Positions 1 to 11,264 of a DNA stretch of 64,000 nucleotides are shown here, piece by piece. The notes under the pieces are model-generated. The model was not told the DNA's origin, searched no databases, and saw only the letters and a list, made by a program, of their open reading frames with translations. Numbering within the stretch: the first letter of the stretch is position 1; every line of letters starts with the position of its first letter. Source of the DNA: an uncultured Gemmatimonadales bacterium (GTDB lineage Bacteria; Gemmatimonadota; Gemmatimonadetes; Longimicrobiales; RSA9); contig CAWFKH010000002.1 of the NCBI GenBank assembly GCA_963816355.1, forward strand, positions 32,001-96,000, in the 5' to 3' direction. The translations under genes and the position numbers were made by a program.

Positions 1-99
1 GTCCGGATTCACGGCGGGGCGGGCGCACCCGGTGAAGGCCGGGAGCGCGAGCAGCGCCGGCAGCAGCGCGAGGCTCGCAAGCGTGCGGGTCCGCTTCAA
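1..99 (-). CDS. Partial CDS (N-terminus only), putative lipoprotein running off the window edge
   Basis: TTG at 99-97 overlaps the TGA of the upstream gene. Translation MKRTRTLASLALLPALLALPAFTGCARPAVNPD has a basic n-region, hydrophobic core and FTGC lipobox. Confidence 0.65.
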   Translation of the reverse strand, partial: MKRTRTLASLALLPALLALPAFTGCARPAVNPD

Positions 100-563
100 G
101 GGCCGGCGTCGAGCGTATCGGCGATCCGACCGGCCACGTAGCCGAGCGCGAAGAGCCCGGCGCCGGCGGCGCGAATCGCGAGCGCGGCGGCGATGCGCCC
201 GACGGGGACGGGCCGTGTCTCGCGGCGCAGGGCCGGGTCCACGGTGGGCCGGCGGACGAGCGAGGTGCCAGGGACCGACGCAGGGGACGCGGACGGTGCG
301 GGCGGTCGCGACGCGGCCGGCGCCGGAGGTCGGGACGCGGGCGGTGCCGGCGGTCGGCGGGTGCCGGTGCGCGGCAGGGCGAGCGGCAGGGGCCGCGGCA
401 GCCATGGCGGCGAGGAGCGGCCGGCGGGGGAGCGGAGCAGCTCGGCGCCCGGCTCGCCGCAGTGGGCGCAGGGTCCCGTGCCGCCTTCATCGAGCGTGAA
501 CCCGCAGAAGGCGCAGCGCGCGCCGTAGAGAGCGCGGGATGGAGGCGCCGCGAGGCTGACCAT
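96..563 (-). CDS. Hypothetical zinc-ribbon protein with Pro-rich linker and C-terminal hydrophobic anchor
   Basis: CAFC...CAHC pair near the N-terminus, PPAPAAS repeats, hydrophobic C-terminal helix. ATG at 563 chosen. Confidence 0.6.
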   Translation of the reverse strand: MVSLAAPPSRALYGARCAFCGFTLDEGGTGPCAHCGEPGAELLRSPAGRSSPPWLPRPLPLALPRTGTRRPPAPPASRPPAPAASRPPAPSASPASVPGTSLVRRPTVDPALRRETRPVPVGRIAAALAIRAAGAGLFALGYVAGRIADTLDAGP

Positions 564-637
564 GCACCGAATCTGGGCCCGGGCGGTGTCGCGTGGCAAG
601 CGGGTCGCGGTGCCGCGCGCGTCCGCCGCCGCCGCGC

Positions 638-2080
638 TCATGCGTCCGCGGCGCGGGCGGTGGCGACCGAACCGGCCGCGCCGGACTGCCGGCCGCGCTC
701 GTTGCGACGCACGGTCTCGATCTCTTCCTGCCGTCCTTTGAGGCCGAGGGAGAGAAGGGAGAGGCCGACCATCGCGGCGCCGACGACGAGGAAGGCGAGG
801 CCGAAGCCGCGGCTGCCGCCGCCGTGGGACGCGACGAGGGCACCGACGAGCGCGGCGCCGACGAGCTGCCCGATGCTGGTGAAGACGGTGAGGATCCCCT
901 GGGCGGCGGCACGCTCGGACGCGGGCGCCTCATTGAGCATGACGTAGCGCAGGGAGGAGCCGAGGAGCGCCGCCAGGCCGACGCCGATCAGCAGCCCCGC
1001 AGCGTAGAAGACGGCGAGCGTGGCGGGGAAGAAGCTGACGAGGATCATGCCCGCGCCGATGAGCGCCGTACCCCCGACGACGATCGCCCGCGATCCGTGC
1101 CGGTCGAGGAGCCGCCCGGAGATTGGCGCGCCGATCGCCATGGCGACGACGATCGGCATGAGCATGAAGGCGGCGGTCGAGGCGCTGACGCCGAACGAGG
1201 CGACGAGCAGCGCGGGGACGAAGACGATCGACGATTCGCTGAGGCCGGCACCGAGGGCGAGCGCGCTGGCAAGGATCACCTGCCGTGAACGGAAGAGCGC
1301 GGGCCGCACGACCGGGTCGTCCGCCCTGCGCTCGACCGCCCAGAAGAGCGGCGCGAGCAGCAGCGCCGCGAGCAGATAGGGGAAAACCGCGGTCGAGCCG
1401 ACGCTGGTGAAGAAGTGGGCGGCGTCGATGCGGTTCACGCCGAACGCGAGCGCCGCGAGCACCACGCCGAGCAGCGTCATGCCGCCGATGTCGAACGCGC
1501 GCGCACCGGCCGGAGCGCCGGCGGGCAGCAGGCGCAGCGCGTAGTAGATTACCACGGCCGCGATCGGCAGGTTGACGAGGAAGAGCACCGGCCAGCCGAT
1601 CATCAGAAGGACCCCGCCGAGGATCGGCCCGACGAGGAACGCCACCCCGAACACGGCGCCGATCAGGCCCAGCGCGCGCCCCCGCTTGTCGAGCGGAAAG
1701 ACGTCCCCGATGACGGCGCTCGCGACCGGGAAGATGCCGCCGGATCCGAGGCCCTGGACCGCGCGCCCGCCGAGCAGGACGCCGAAGGTCGGCGACGTCG
1801 CCACGATCAGCGAGCCGAGCGCGAAGATGGCGACGTCGGCCACGTACACCGCGCGGCGCCCGAAGCGGTCCGAGAGCTTCGCCATCAGCGGCGTGCCGAT
1901 CAGGTTGAACAGCACGTAGATCGTCAGGACCCACGCCGCGGCACGGTCGTCCACGCCGAAGCCCCGCCGGATCGCCGGGAGCGCCGGACCGATGATCGCG
2001 ATGTCGAGCGCCCCCATGAGCACGCCGGCGAACAGCAGCCCCAGCAGCCGGTTGCGGTATCGTTTCTCCTCTGCTTCCAT
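638..2080 (-). CDS. MFS transporter, DHA2/EmrB-QacA-like (14 TMS)
   Basis: ALDIAIIGPALP, motif A KLSDRFGRR, GRAVQGLGSGG, GPILGG. ATG 2080 with GAAGGA RBS. Confidence 0.93.
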   Translation of the reverse strand: MEAEEKRYRNRLLGLLFAGVLMGALDIAIIGPALPAIRRGFGVDDRAAAWVLTIYVLFNLIGTPLMAKLSDRFGRRAVYVADVAIFALGSLIVATSPTFGVLLGGRAVQGLGSGGIFPVASAVIGDVFPLDKRGRALGLIGAVFGVAFLVGPILGGVLLMIGWPVLFLVNLPIAAVVIYYALRLLPAGAPAGARAFDIGGMTLLGVVLAALAFGVNRIDAAHFFTSVGSTAVFPYLLAALLLAPLFWAVERRADDPVVRPALFRSRQVILASALALGAGLSESSIVFVPALLVASFGVSASTAAFMLMPIVVAMAIGAPISGRLLDRHGSRAIVVGGTALIGAGMILVSFFPATLAVFYAAGLLIGVGLAALLGSSLRYVMLNEAPASERAAAQGILTVFTSIGQLVGAALVGALVASHGGGSRGFGLAFLVVGAAMVGLSLLSLGLKGRQEEIETVRRNERGRQSGAAGSVATARAADA

Positions 2081-2173
2081 CTTTCCTTCGTCCAGGTTCA
2101 GCTCCGGCGCCGTCGATCCGGGCGCCCTTCGCGTCACAGTCGCGCGGGCGTGCCGGCGCAGCAACCCCGCGCT

Positions 2174-2659
2174 TCAGTCGAGCGGCGAGAGGCGGTGATA
2201 GGTCCGCTCGTGTCGCACCAGCGGCGCCGGATCCTCGCCCGGCTCCGCCTCCTCGACGCGCGCGATCACGAGCCGCGCGTCACCCGCCTCCACGTGGCGC
2301 ACGACGGAGCAGACGAGCGTCGCGTGCGCACCCGCGATGCGCGGCTCGCCGGCCGCCGGAAACGGAGTCGGCCCCACGGGGAAGGAGTCGGCGTAGAGGG
2401 TAGCGTAGCGACGCTGCCGCGCCGCCAGGATCGTCGCGACGAAGCGGACGTCCTCCTCGAGGAAGGGGAGCACCTGCGCGCCCGCGCCGAGCGCGACGAC
2501 GACGAGCGGCGGGCGCAGGGAGACGGAGGCGAAGGAGGTGGCGGTCGTCGCGTGGATGCGCGCGCCTTCCCGGACCGAGACGACGACGACGCCCGACGCC
2601 CAGCGCGCGAGCGCGGCCCGGAACTCGTCGGGCGTCACGCCGGCGCCGCGCTCGGGCAC
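2174..2659 (-). CDS. Flavin reductase family protein
   Basis: FRAALARWASGVVVVS, TATSFASVSLRPPLV, VEAGD. Confidence 0.9.
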   Translation of the reverse strand: MPERGAGVTPDEFRAALARWASGVVVVSVREGARIHATTATSFASVSLRPPLVVVALGAGAQVLPFLEEDVRFVATILAARQRRYATLYADSFPVGPTPFPAAGEPRIAGAHATLVCSVVRHVEAGDARLVIARVEEAEPGEDPAPLVRHERTYHRLSPLD

Positions 2660-2675
2660 GGCCCGCCTCCGGCCG

Positions 2676-3596
2676 CTACGACCGCACGAGGATCAGGTAG
2701 TGGCTGGCGGCCCAGAAGCGAGCGGGATCGGCGATGCGCAGCACGCCCTTGACGTGGCCATCCGCGTCCGGCGGCGTCTCGAGCGCCGTGACATCCTGCG
2801 GGCTCACGATCCTGTAGCGCGCCTCCGGGTCCGGCAGCGGGATCTCCATCGCCTGGCGGATGTCGATCGGCGTGAAGTAGGCGGGATCCGCGTCCGCGGC
2901 GGGGACGAGCACCTGGCCGCGCTTGCCGAAGATGAAGAGCACCCGGCTGCCGCCCTTCTCCTCCACGAGGCCGCGGCGGAGCAGGTCGTCCTTGGTGCCG
3001 ACGACGTAGTAGGCGGTGTTGGCGCGGGTCGATATCGCGGAGACGGTGTCGCTCAGCTCGGCGTTCTGCGTCGTAAGGTCCGTGTTGCGGCTCACGAGCT
3101 GCGTGTTCTGCTCCTGCAGACTGCTCACCTGCTCGGTGAGAGACGCGATCGTCTCCTTCTGGTTCGCCACGGTCTTCTGCAGGTCCGCGATCGTGCGGCG
3201 CAGCGTCGACGTCTGACCCCGCGCGGAGGAGAGGCGGTCCTGCGTGTCGGCGAGGCGCGCCTCGGCGCTGTCGAGCCGCTCGGTGAGGCCGCGGATCTGG
3301 ACGAGGATGCTGTCGCGCGTGACCGCCACCGGCACGTGCTCGCTACCGGGCGCCGGCGGCTTCGTCGTCTGCACACGGGCGATCTCGGCGGCGATCTCGC
3401 TCATCATGCGCGTGTCCGCCGCCACCTCGGACATCAGGCTGTCCTTCTGCGCGGCGGCCGCCTGCAGATCGGCGATCTGCTTCTTCGTCTTCTCCGACGG
3501 ACCGCACGCCGCGGCGGCCGCGGCGAGGGCAAGCGCGATCGGGAGCACGACGGCGCGCGGCAGCGCCGCCCGCGGCACGGTGGTTTCGAATCTCAT
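2676..3596 (-). CDS. Coiled-coil lipoprotein, function unknown
   Basis: AAAC lipobox, long heptad-rich region, C-terminal domain TAYYVVGTKDDL...DPARFW. Confidence 0.8.
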   Translation of the reverse strand: MRFETTVPRAALPRAVVLPIALALAAAAAACGPSEKTKKQIADLQAAAAQKDSLMSEVAADTRMMSEIAAEIARVQTTKPPAPGSEHVPVAVTRDSILVQIRGLTERLDSAEARLADTQDRLSSARGQTSTLRRTIADLQKTVANQKETIASLTEQVSSLQEQNTQLVSRNTDLTTQNAELSDTVSAISTRANTAYYVVGTKDDLLRRGLVEEKGGSRVLFIFGKRGQVLVPAADADPAYFTPIDIRQAMEIPLPDPEARYRIVSPQDVTALETPPDADGHVKGVLRIADPARFWAASHYLILVRS

Positions 3597-3707
3597 CGGT
3601 CTCGTCTCCGGACGGAGCGCTCCGCTTCCAATGGGTGCAGGCCGGAACATACGCGCGGCGCCGGCAGCGGACAATCACGTCGCGCGCGACGCCCGCCCCG
3701 TGGACCG

Positions 3708-6700
3708 CTACCGGTTCCCGCTCCCGGCGAGGGAGCGGAAGTACTCCTCCACCAGCTTGCGGAAACGCTCCGGAACCTCGCGGCTCCCCGACAGCAGCGC
3801 GCGCCGTTCGTCGTCCCCCTGCAGGCGTCGCCGCAACGAGAACTCGAACTCCTTGAGCCGCTGCACCGCATCCGCCTGCAGCCGCGCCAGCGCCGCCGGG
3901 TCGCGGTACGGCGCTGCGGTGGTCAACCTGCGCAGCGCCGCCCGCACGCCGTCCAGGTCCCCCGCGTCGATCCCCTCCGCCGCCAGCAGGCGCGCGAGCG
4001 AGTCGGCGTCCGCGAGGCGCTCGCGCGCCTCTCGCCGGAACTGCCGCACCGGGTCGGCTCCGAGCGCGCGCGGCGGGCCGCCGCCCGCGGCGCCGGACCG
4101 TTCACCGCTGCCCACAGCCTGCGGCGACGCGGCGGCATCCTGCCGCCCGCCGGGCTGCGCCTGCCCGCCGGCGCGCGCCGCCTCGCCGGCGTCCTGCATG
4201 CGCTGGCCCATTGCCTCGACGCCGGTGGCGAGGCGGCGCGCACGCTCGAGGGCGCGCTCGCGGCCGCGTCCTTCCTCGCCGGCGGCGGCGAGGGCGCGGC
4301 CGGCGCCGTCGAGCCGCGTCGCCAGGCTGTCGAGATTCGCCGTGATGTCGTGCTCGAGCTGGCGGCCGTACGTGGAAGGCGGGGCCGCCGCGACGCTCTT
4401 GGAAAAGCGGATCTTGTCCTGGATGCGGTCGTCGCGGATCGCCTTCGCGGCGTCGGCGAGGGGGCGGGCGGAGTCGCGCTGGGCGCCGCGCGCCGCGCCG
4501 GCGATCGCGTCGAGGTCGTGCTCGAGCTGGGCGACGCCGGCGGCGAGGCGGTCCTTCCGCTGCAGCAGGCGGTCGCGCTCCGCGCCGGCGGGGTTGCCGC
4601 GCCCGGCGAGGTCGCGGGCATCGGCCTCGACCGCAGCCTGCTCGGCGGCGAGGTCGGCGGCGCGTCGCTGCGCATCGGCGGCGGCGGCGGCGAGGCGGTC
4701 GGCGCTGCTCCGCTCCAGGAGCCGGCGTGCTCGATCGAGGCGGTCAGCCGCGTCGCGCGCGCCGGCGGCGGAGCCGTCCGCGGCGGAGCGGCGCATCGCG
4801 CCGGCCGCGTCGCGGAGCCTGTGCGCGGCTTGCTCGAGCGACTCGCGGCGCTGCGGGTCCTCGTGCGCGAGGCGCTCGAGGCGACGCGCCTCCGCGTCGA
4901 CGGAATCGGCGAGCTGGCGCTGGTCGGCGGCGGCGCCGCCTCCGCTGCCCGCGGAGCCCTGGCGGGAGAGGCGGCGCTGGCGCTCGGCGGCCTGGAGCTG
5001 ACGGCGCGCGAGCTCCTTGAGGCGCTCCATCGTCGCATCGAGCTCCTGCTGCGTCTGCTCGTCGCGGCCGCGCTGGACGCTCTCGTACTGGTTGCGGAGG
5101 CGGTCCATCTCGAGCTGGAACATGTCCGCGAGGTCGTCGGCGGTCTGGCCGGCGCCACCGCCGCCGCCGCCCTGCGAATCCCCGAGCGACACCTGCACGT
5201 CGCGGTACAGCTCCTCCGCGGCCTGGAGGTGCCGCAGCGCCCGCTGCTCCGGGGAGAGCGCCTCGGCGACACGGCCGGAGTCGAGCTGCGTCTCGGCCTC
5301 CATCATCGCCGCCGACGCGCGCGGCAGGACATCCATGATGCGCAGGAACGTCGAGTCGATCGTGGCGACGCGGCGCTCCTGCATGCGACGCACGAGCCCG
5401 TCCACCTCCCCGCGCAGCCGCGCCTGCGCGAGCTGGATCGTGGTGCGGTGCTCACGCCGGTCGTTCTCCGCCAGCGAAGGCGCGTCGCGCTTCAGGTTGA
5501 ACGTGGCGGAGATCACCTCCTTCTGCCGCTCCGAGAGCGCGCCATCCTGCTGCCCCTGGCCGCCGCCCGGCGCGCCGCGCTGCTCGGCGGCGTGATAGTC
5601 CTTCCGGAAGTCGCGGATGCGGACGAAGTAGATGTCGCTGGTGGTGGAGCCGGATGCGCGGCCGTCGGGTCCGCCGTCCGTGGCGCGGGCGTAGTAGGCG
5701 ACGAGGTCGCCCGGCTGCAGCCCCATCTCCTCGAGATAGAAGGTGCGGCCGGCGGAGACCTCGCGCAGCGGCGCCGCCTTCGGTGCGTACAGCCCCAGCG
5801 TCTTCTCCTCGCCGCCGTTGACGGCGTAGACGAGGTCGAGCCGGGCGACGCCGTAGTCGTCGGCGGCGCGCGCCTGCAGGAAGAGCTCGTCCACGTTCGT
5901 CGCGCGGACGTCGCGGCCCGGCTTGTCGAAGGTGACCGTGGGCGGCTCGTCCTCGAGGATCTCGATGGTGTGCTCGGGCGAGCCCTCGACGGGCCGCCCG
6001 TCCGGCGCCTGCAGTTCGACGTGGTAGCTGCCGGGCCGGTCGAGCGGGACGGCCGCGGCGAGGGCGAGCGGGCCGTCCGGCCGCAGCGGGAAAGCCCGCC
6101 CGTCGGCGCGCACGATGCGGCCGCCGGCGGCGGGGATCGTGGTGACGACGCGCAGCCGCGCGACCGTGCCGCGGAGCGCGGCGAGGTCTCCGGCGTCCTC
6201 GACCGTGCGCGGCGGCAGGTGGGCGTAGGCCGGGTAGCGGTACTCGACGTCGAGCCTGCGCGCGTACGGCAGATCCGCCACGTCGATGTGGTAGAGCGGC
6301 GAGCGCACGCCGCCCGCCTCGACGAAGTAGTCGGTGCCCCGCTGCAGGTCGAAGAGGATCGCGTCGAATGCCGCCGAATCGCCGGCCGTACGCGTCATCG
6401 GGACGCGCTCGTAGCCGCCGTCGGCGCCGCGCACGAGGAGGTCGGCGCCCCCGCTCGAGAAGCCGACGAGGCGCGCCGAAACCGCCTGGTCGGCGCCGCG
6501 CGCGACGGTCACGCTGCCGGGCCGCACCGCCAGCCGGTACGGCGCCACGTCCGGCGCGGCGCGCCACGGCTCGAGCAGCGCGCGCGCCGCGTGGCGCAGG
6601 AACGCCGGCCCGGCCGCGGCCGCGAACAGGCCGACGCCGGCCGCGACGACGATCACCGCGGAGGCCGCCCGCAGCCCGCCGCGCTCGATGCGACGGCCGT

Positions 6701-7130
6701 CTTCGACGGCGTGCGCGCGCTCGATCGCGTCCCGGACGAGCCGCGCGACGAGGGCGGCCGAGCGGGCCTCGCCGGAAGAGGCCGGCGCGGCGGCGTCGAC
6801 GGCGCTGAGCAGCGACGCCTCGAGCGACGGCTCGTGCTCCTCGACGTAGAGCGCGATCCGCTCGTCCGGGACGGAGCGCAGCAGCGGCCGCACGAGGGCG
6901 GCGACGGCGAGCGCCGCGAGCACGACGAAGAGCACGACGCGGAACGCCGTGATCGACGCCGGCGAGAAGGCGAAGTACTCGAGGCCGTATGCCGCCGCGA
7001 CGAGGACGACGAGGCCGCCGGCGACCACGGCGGCGAGGCCGCGCAAGGCGACCCGCAGCCGCCACCGCCGGCGTGCCGAGCGGATGATGCGGAGCAGCTC
7101 CGCGCGCGACGTGCTCGCTGTGTCCGGCAT
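3708..7130 (-). CDS. Large membrane-anchored coiled-coil protein (DUF4175-like)
   Basis: ATG 7130 with GGAGGT RBS; N-terminal TM helices, Ig-like middle (YPAY, DEPPTV, AADDYGV), long helical C-terminus ending VPERFRKLVEEYFRSL. Confidence 0.85.
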   Translation of the reverse strand: MPDTASTSRAELLRIIRSARRRWRLRVALRGLAAVVAGGLVVLVAAAYGLEYFAFSPASITAFRVVLFVVLAALAVAALVRPLLRSVPDERIALYVEEHEPSLEASLLSAVDAAAPASSGEARSAALVARLVRDAIERAHAVEDGRRIERGGLRAASAVIVVAAGVGLFAAAAGPAFLRHAARALLEPWRAAPDVAPYRLAVRPGSVTVARGADQAVSARLVGFSSGGADLLVRGADGGYERVPMTRTAGDSAAFDAILFDLQRGTDYFVEAGGVRSPLYHIDVADLPYARRLDVEYRYPAYAHLPPRTVEDAGDLAALRGTVARLRVVTTIPAAGGRIVRADGRAFPLRPDGPLALAAAVPLDRPGSYHVELQAPDGRPVEGSPEHTIEILEDEPPTVTFDKPGRDVRATNVDELFLQARAADDYGVARLDLVYAVNGGEEKTLGLYAPKAAPLREVSAGRTFYLEEMGLQPGDLVAYYARATDGGPDGRASGSTTSDIYFVRIRDFRKDYHAAEQRGAPGGGQGQQDGALSERQKEVISATFNLKRDAPSLAENDRREHRTTIQLAQARLRGEVDGLVRRMQERRVATIDSTFLRIMDVLPRASAAMMEAETQLDSGRVAEALSPEQRALRHLQAAEELYRDVQVSLGDSQGGGGGGAGQTADDLADMFQLEMDRLRNQYESVQRGRDEQTQQELDATMERLKELARRQLQAAERQRRLSRQGSAGSGGGAAADQRQLADSVDAEARRLERLAHEDPQRRESLEQAAHRLRDAAGAMRRSAADGSAAGARDAADRLDRARRLLERSSADRLAAAAADAQRRAADLAAEQAAVEADARDLAGRGNPAGAERDRLLQRKDRLAAGVAQLEHDLDAIAGAARGAQRDSARPLADAAKAIRDDRIQDKIRFSKSVAAAPPSTYGRQLEHDITANLDSLATRLDGAGRALAAAGEEGRGRERALERARRLATGVEAMGQRMQDAGEAARAGGQAQPGGRQDAAASPQAVGSGERSGAAGGGPPRALGADPVRQFRREARERLADADSLARLLAAEGIDAGDLDGVRAALRRLTTAAPYRDPAALARLQADAVQRLKEFEFSLRRRLQGDDERRALLSGSREVPERFRKLVEEYFRSLAGSGNR

Positions 7131-7132
7131 TC

Positions 7133-9289
7133 CTACCTCCCGTTCGGCGATGCCGCCGGCGCGCCCCCGCCCGCCGGCCTCGAGAGTCGATTGGAGAGGG
7201 CGGTCTCGATCGCGAAGAGGATGAAGGCGACGAGGAGAAGATAGCGCCACCCGCCCTGCTGGCGCTCGCGATCGGCGACGCTCGGCGCATCGGCCGCGCG
7301 CACGTCCGCGTCCGCGTCCGCGGGCGCCGTCACCGCCGCGGCCAGTTCCTGCGGATCGAGCGGCGTCAGGTCCGCCTCGGCCGGATCCACGTTCACGGCG
7401 AGGACCGTGGTGGCGGGGTCGGCCGATCCGCCGGACGCAGCCGATCCGCCGGATGCAGCCGATCCGTCCGACGCGGCGGCGCGGCCCGCGGCCGGCTTCA
7501 CCCGCACCTCGTAGAAGCCGCGCTGCCGCAGGTCGAGCGTTCCCGTCTCGGGGTTCAACTGCGCCGCGCCGCCGTCCGGCGCCACGACGACCGGCGCTCC
7601 GGCCTCCCCGGCGGCGGACGGCGCCGCGCTCCACACGTCGCCCACGGTCCACGACGCGGGCGGCACCGCGTAGCCGGCCGCGTACTTGACCAGCTCGTGC
7701 AGGAACGGGAGGAACACCGGGTTCAGGGGGGCGTCGCTCCACGAGGCGTCCAGCGGCGTCGTCCACAGCAGCACGCGGCCGGCGCCCACGTGCCGCTCCG
7801 CCAGCGCCACGCCGCCGTCGTCGAAGCGCGCCAGCACCGCCGTGGAGTCGCCGGGACGGACGTCGCGGCGGCGCAGGAAGCGGATGGCGGTGAAGTCGCC
7901 GCTGTGTGGCGCGGCGAACGGCTCGAAGACCGGGTGCGCGAAGTCGAGCCGGCCGAGGGCGACGCCGTCGCTCGGCTGCGCCTCGACGGTCGGGCCGAGC
8001 GTTCCCGGCGCGGGGAGCGCCGCGTCGCGGGGCCAGCGGGCGTCGCCTCCCGCCACCACCACCAGGCCGCCGCCGCGCTCGACCCACCCGGCGAGCGCGC
8101 GCCCCGCCGCGCCGCCCGGCAGCGCCGCGTCGTCCAGCACGACGGCGCCGCCGTCCGGCAGTCCGCTGCCGCGGAAGCGGCGCGCGGGCATGACGGTGAC
8201 GCGGAAGCCGGGGTCGCCGCCGACCGCCAGGGCGCGGCGGATGTAGAAGCCGCGCCCGGCGTCGCTCGCCTCGAGCATCAGCACCGGCATCGCCGCGCCC
8301 GGCGTCAGGCGGAAGCGGAACGCGTCGTCGGCCGGCAGCGCGTCCGGCGTGACGCGGACGGCGCCGCGCACCGGCTGCGCGAGCACGAACGGCGCGAACT
8401 CGACCGTCGCGGCGCCGCTCCCGCCGAGCCGCACGGGCCGCTGTTGCACCGGCCGGCCGTCCAGCTCGAGCGTCGCCACCACGTCGGCGCCGGCGGCGGA
8501 ATCCGAGCCGACGCGGGCCAGCCGCGCGGTGGCGGTGACGCGCTCGCCGGTGCGCAGCCGCTCGCGGCGGAACGTCACGCCCGCGACCGCCACGTCGCCG
8601 CCGCCGGCCTCGCCGCCGTCGCCGCCCTCGATCGGCACCGGCACGAGGCGGACGCCGGGCGGCAGGCGCGCGGGCGGCTCGTCGCCGCGGCCGCCGCGCT
8701 GGAAGTCCGAGACGAGGCGGACCTCGCGGCGCGGCGCGGTGGAGGCGGCGAGGAAGCCGGCGGCGAGGTCGAGGGCGGGCGCGTAGCGCGTGGCCGCCGA
8801 GCCGACGGTGGCGGCGCGCAGCTCGGCGCGCAGCGCGTCGCGGTCGCCGGTGGCCGGTCCGAGCGCGCGCGCTTCGGTGTCGAAGAGCACGAGGCGGGCG
8901 CGGTCGTCCGGGCGCAGCGAGTCGATCGCGGCGGCGGCGGCGGCGCGCGCGGCGTCCCAATGGCCGTCGTAGCCCATCGAGTAGGAGCGGTCGAGCAGGA
9001 TCACGACGTCGCGGGCGCCGTCGCGCGCGGCCGCGGCGCCGCCGCGGTCGAGGAGGGGGCGCGCGAACGCGGCGGCGAGCAGCACGATCGCGAGCACGCG
9101 CAGCAGGAGCAGCAGCGGGTGCCGGATGCGCTGCCGCCGCACGGTGCGGAAGGGAATCCGCTGCACGAACATCAGCGACGGGAACTCGACGGTGCGGCCG
9201 CGCTCGCGGTGGATCAGGTGGATCGCGATCGGCACCGCGATGGCGGCGAGGCCGGCGAGGAATGCGGGCGCGAGGAAGGAGAGGCCCAT
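7133..9289 (-). CDS. BatA-domain + vWA membrane protein
   Basis: N-terminal FLAPAFLAGLAAIAVPIAIHL...FPSLMF...LAAAFARP (BatA), MIDAS LLDRSYSM, GATase-like region, C-terminal TM. Confidence 0.9.
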   Translation of the reverse strand: MGLSFLAPAFLAGLAAIAVPIAIHLIHRERGRTVEFPSLMFVQRIPFRTVRRQRIRHPLLLLLRVLAIVLLAAAFARPLLDRGGAAAARDGARDVVILLDRSYSMGYDGHWDAARAAAAAAIDSLRPDDRARLVLFDTEARALGPATGDRDALRAELRAATVGSAATRYAPALDLAAGFLAASTAPRREVRLVSDFQRGGRGDEPPARLPPGVRLVPVPIEGGDGGEAGGGDVAVAGVTFRRERLRTGERVTATARLARVGSDSAAGADVVATLELDGRPVQQRPVRLGGSGAATVEFAPFVLAQPVRGAVRVTPDALPADDAFRFRLTPGAAMPVLMLEASDAGRGFYIRRALAVGGDPGFRVTVMPARRFRGSGLPDGGAVVLDDAALPGGAAGRALAGWVERGGGLVVVAGGDARWPRDAALPAPGTLGPTVEAQPSDGVALGRLDFAHPVFEPFAAPHSGDFTAIRFLRRRDVRPGDSTAVLARFDDGGVALAERHVGAGRVLLWTTPLDASWSDAPLNPVFLPFLHELVKYAAGYAVPPASWTVGDVWSAAPSAAGEAGAPVVVAPDGGAAQLNPETGTLDLRQRGFYEVRVKPAAGRAAASDGSAASGGSAASGGSADPATTVLAVNVDPAEADLTPLDPQELAAAVTAPADADADVRAADAPSVADRERQQGGWRYLLLVAFILFAIETALSNRLSRPAGGGAPAASPNGR
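7422..7477. repeat. Intragenic 18-bp minisatellite (about 3 copies) encoding ASGGSA linker
   Basis: GCCGATCCGCCGGA(C/T)GCA repeated within the BatA-vWA gene. Confidence 0.75.
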
Positions 9290-10209
9290 CACCGCACCCG
9301 CGTCAGGCGCGCGCGCGCGCCGAGCCACGCGAAGAGGGCGCGGTCGAGCGGCGTCGCCGTGTCGATCAGGACGTAGTCGATCGCGTCGCGCGCGAAGAGG
9401 CGCGACAGCTCCGCCGTGTGCGCCGCCACCAGCTCGCCGTAGCGCTCGCGCATGCGCTCCGGGACCACCGGCGCGCGCTCGCCGGTCTCCGCGTCGACGA
9501 AGGTCGCGGCGTCGTCGAAGGGGAACGACAGCTCGGCCGGGTCGAGGACGTGGAAGACGACGACGTCGCCGCCGCGCACGCGCAGCCGCCGCACCGCCGC
9601 CGCGGCCGCCTCCGGCTCCTCGTACAGGTCGGAGACGAAGGCGACGAGGCCGCGCCGGCGCAGCCCGTCCGCGATGCGCGCGAGCGGGCCGGCGAGCGCG
9701 GGGGCGGGACGGCCGGGCCGCAGCCGGTCGAGCGCGTGCAGCACCACGTCGAGGTGGCGCGCGGAGGCGGGCACGCGCTCGACCACATCGGCGTCGAAGG
9801 CGACGAGGCCGACGCGGTCGCGCTGGCGGTGCGCGAAGTAGGTGAGCGTCGCCGCGAGCCGCCGGGCGTAGTCGAGCTTGGTGTAGTCGACGCTTCCCCA
9901 GCCCATCGAGCGGGAGACGTCGAGCACGACGACGAAGTCCGCGTTCGTGTCGGCCTCGAACTGCTTGACGTAGTAGCGGTCGGTGCGCGCGTAGAGGCGC
10001 CAGTCGACGCGGCGGATGTCGTCGCCCGGCATGTAGGCGCGGTGCTCGGCGAAGTCGAGCGAGAGGCCGAGGTAGGGGGAGCGGTGCAGCCCGTTGATGA
10101 AGCCATCGACGACGGTGCGCGCGACGAGTTCGAGGTCGTCGATGCGCGCGAGCGCGGCGGGGTCGATGAAGCGTGCGCCCGGGCGGCCCGGCGTCGTCGT
10201 CGGCGTCAT
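9289..10209 (-). CDS. DUF58 domain protein (MoxR-associated vWA-like)
   Basis: GLHRSPYLGLSLDFAEHRAYMPGDDIRRVDW, LDVSRSM, RDRVGL, FVSDL. TGATG overlap with the next gene. Confidence 0.95.
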   Translation of the reverse strand: MTPTTTPGRPGARFIDPAALARIDDLELVARTVVDGFINGLHRSPYLGLSLDFAEHRAYMPGDDIRRVDWRLYARTDRYYVKQFEADTNADFVVVLDVSRSMGWGSVDYTKLDYARRLAATLTYFAHRQRDRVGLVAFDADVVERVPASARHLDVVLHALDRLRPGRPAPALAGPLARIADGLRRRGLVAFVSDLYEEPEAAAAAVRRLRVRGGDVVVFHVLDPAELSFPFDDAATFVDAETGERAPVVPERMRERYGELVAAHTAELSRLFARDAIDYVLIDTATPLDRALFAWLGARARLTRVR

Positions 10210-10218
10210 CGTCTCAGC

Positions 10219-11253
<1,035 letters not shown>

Positions 11254-11264
11254 GCCTCCGCCTC

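Noticed and set aside
2538..7244. 1568-aa plus-strand ORF (and similar long ORFs such as 12077-14635, 15549-18218, 59922-63662)
   Set aside because: Antisense shadows of real minus-strand genes; stop codons are rare at this GC content and the translations have no recognisable motifs.
7131..8960. N-terminal extension of the 1750-aa ORF, and similar extensions of the MoxR, DUF4159, TPR, Ig-lipoprotein and GH ORFs
   Set aside because: Arg/Gly/Pro-rich off-frame reading of the upstream gene; real starts with RBS or stop-start overlaps lie downstream.
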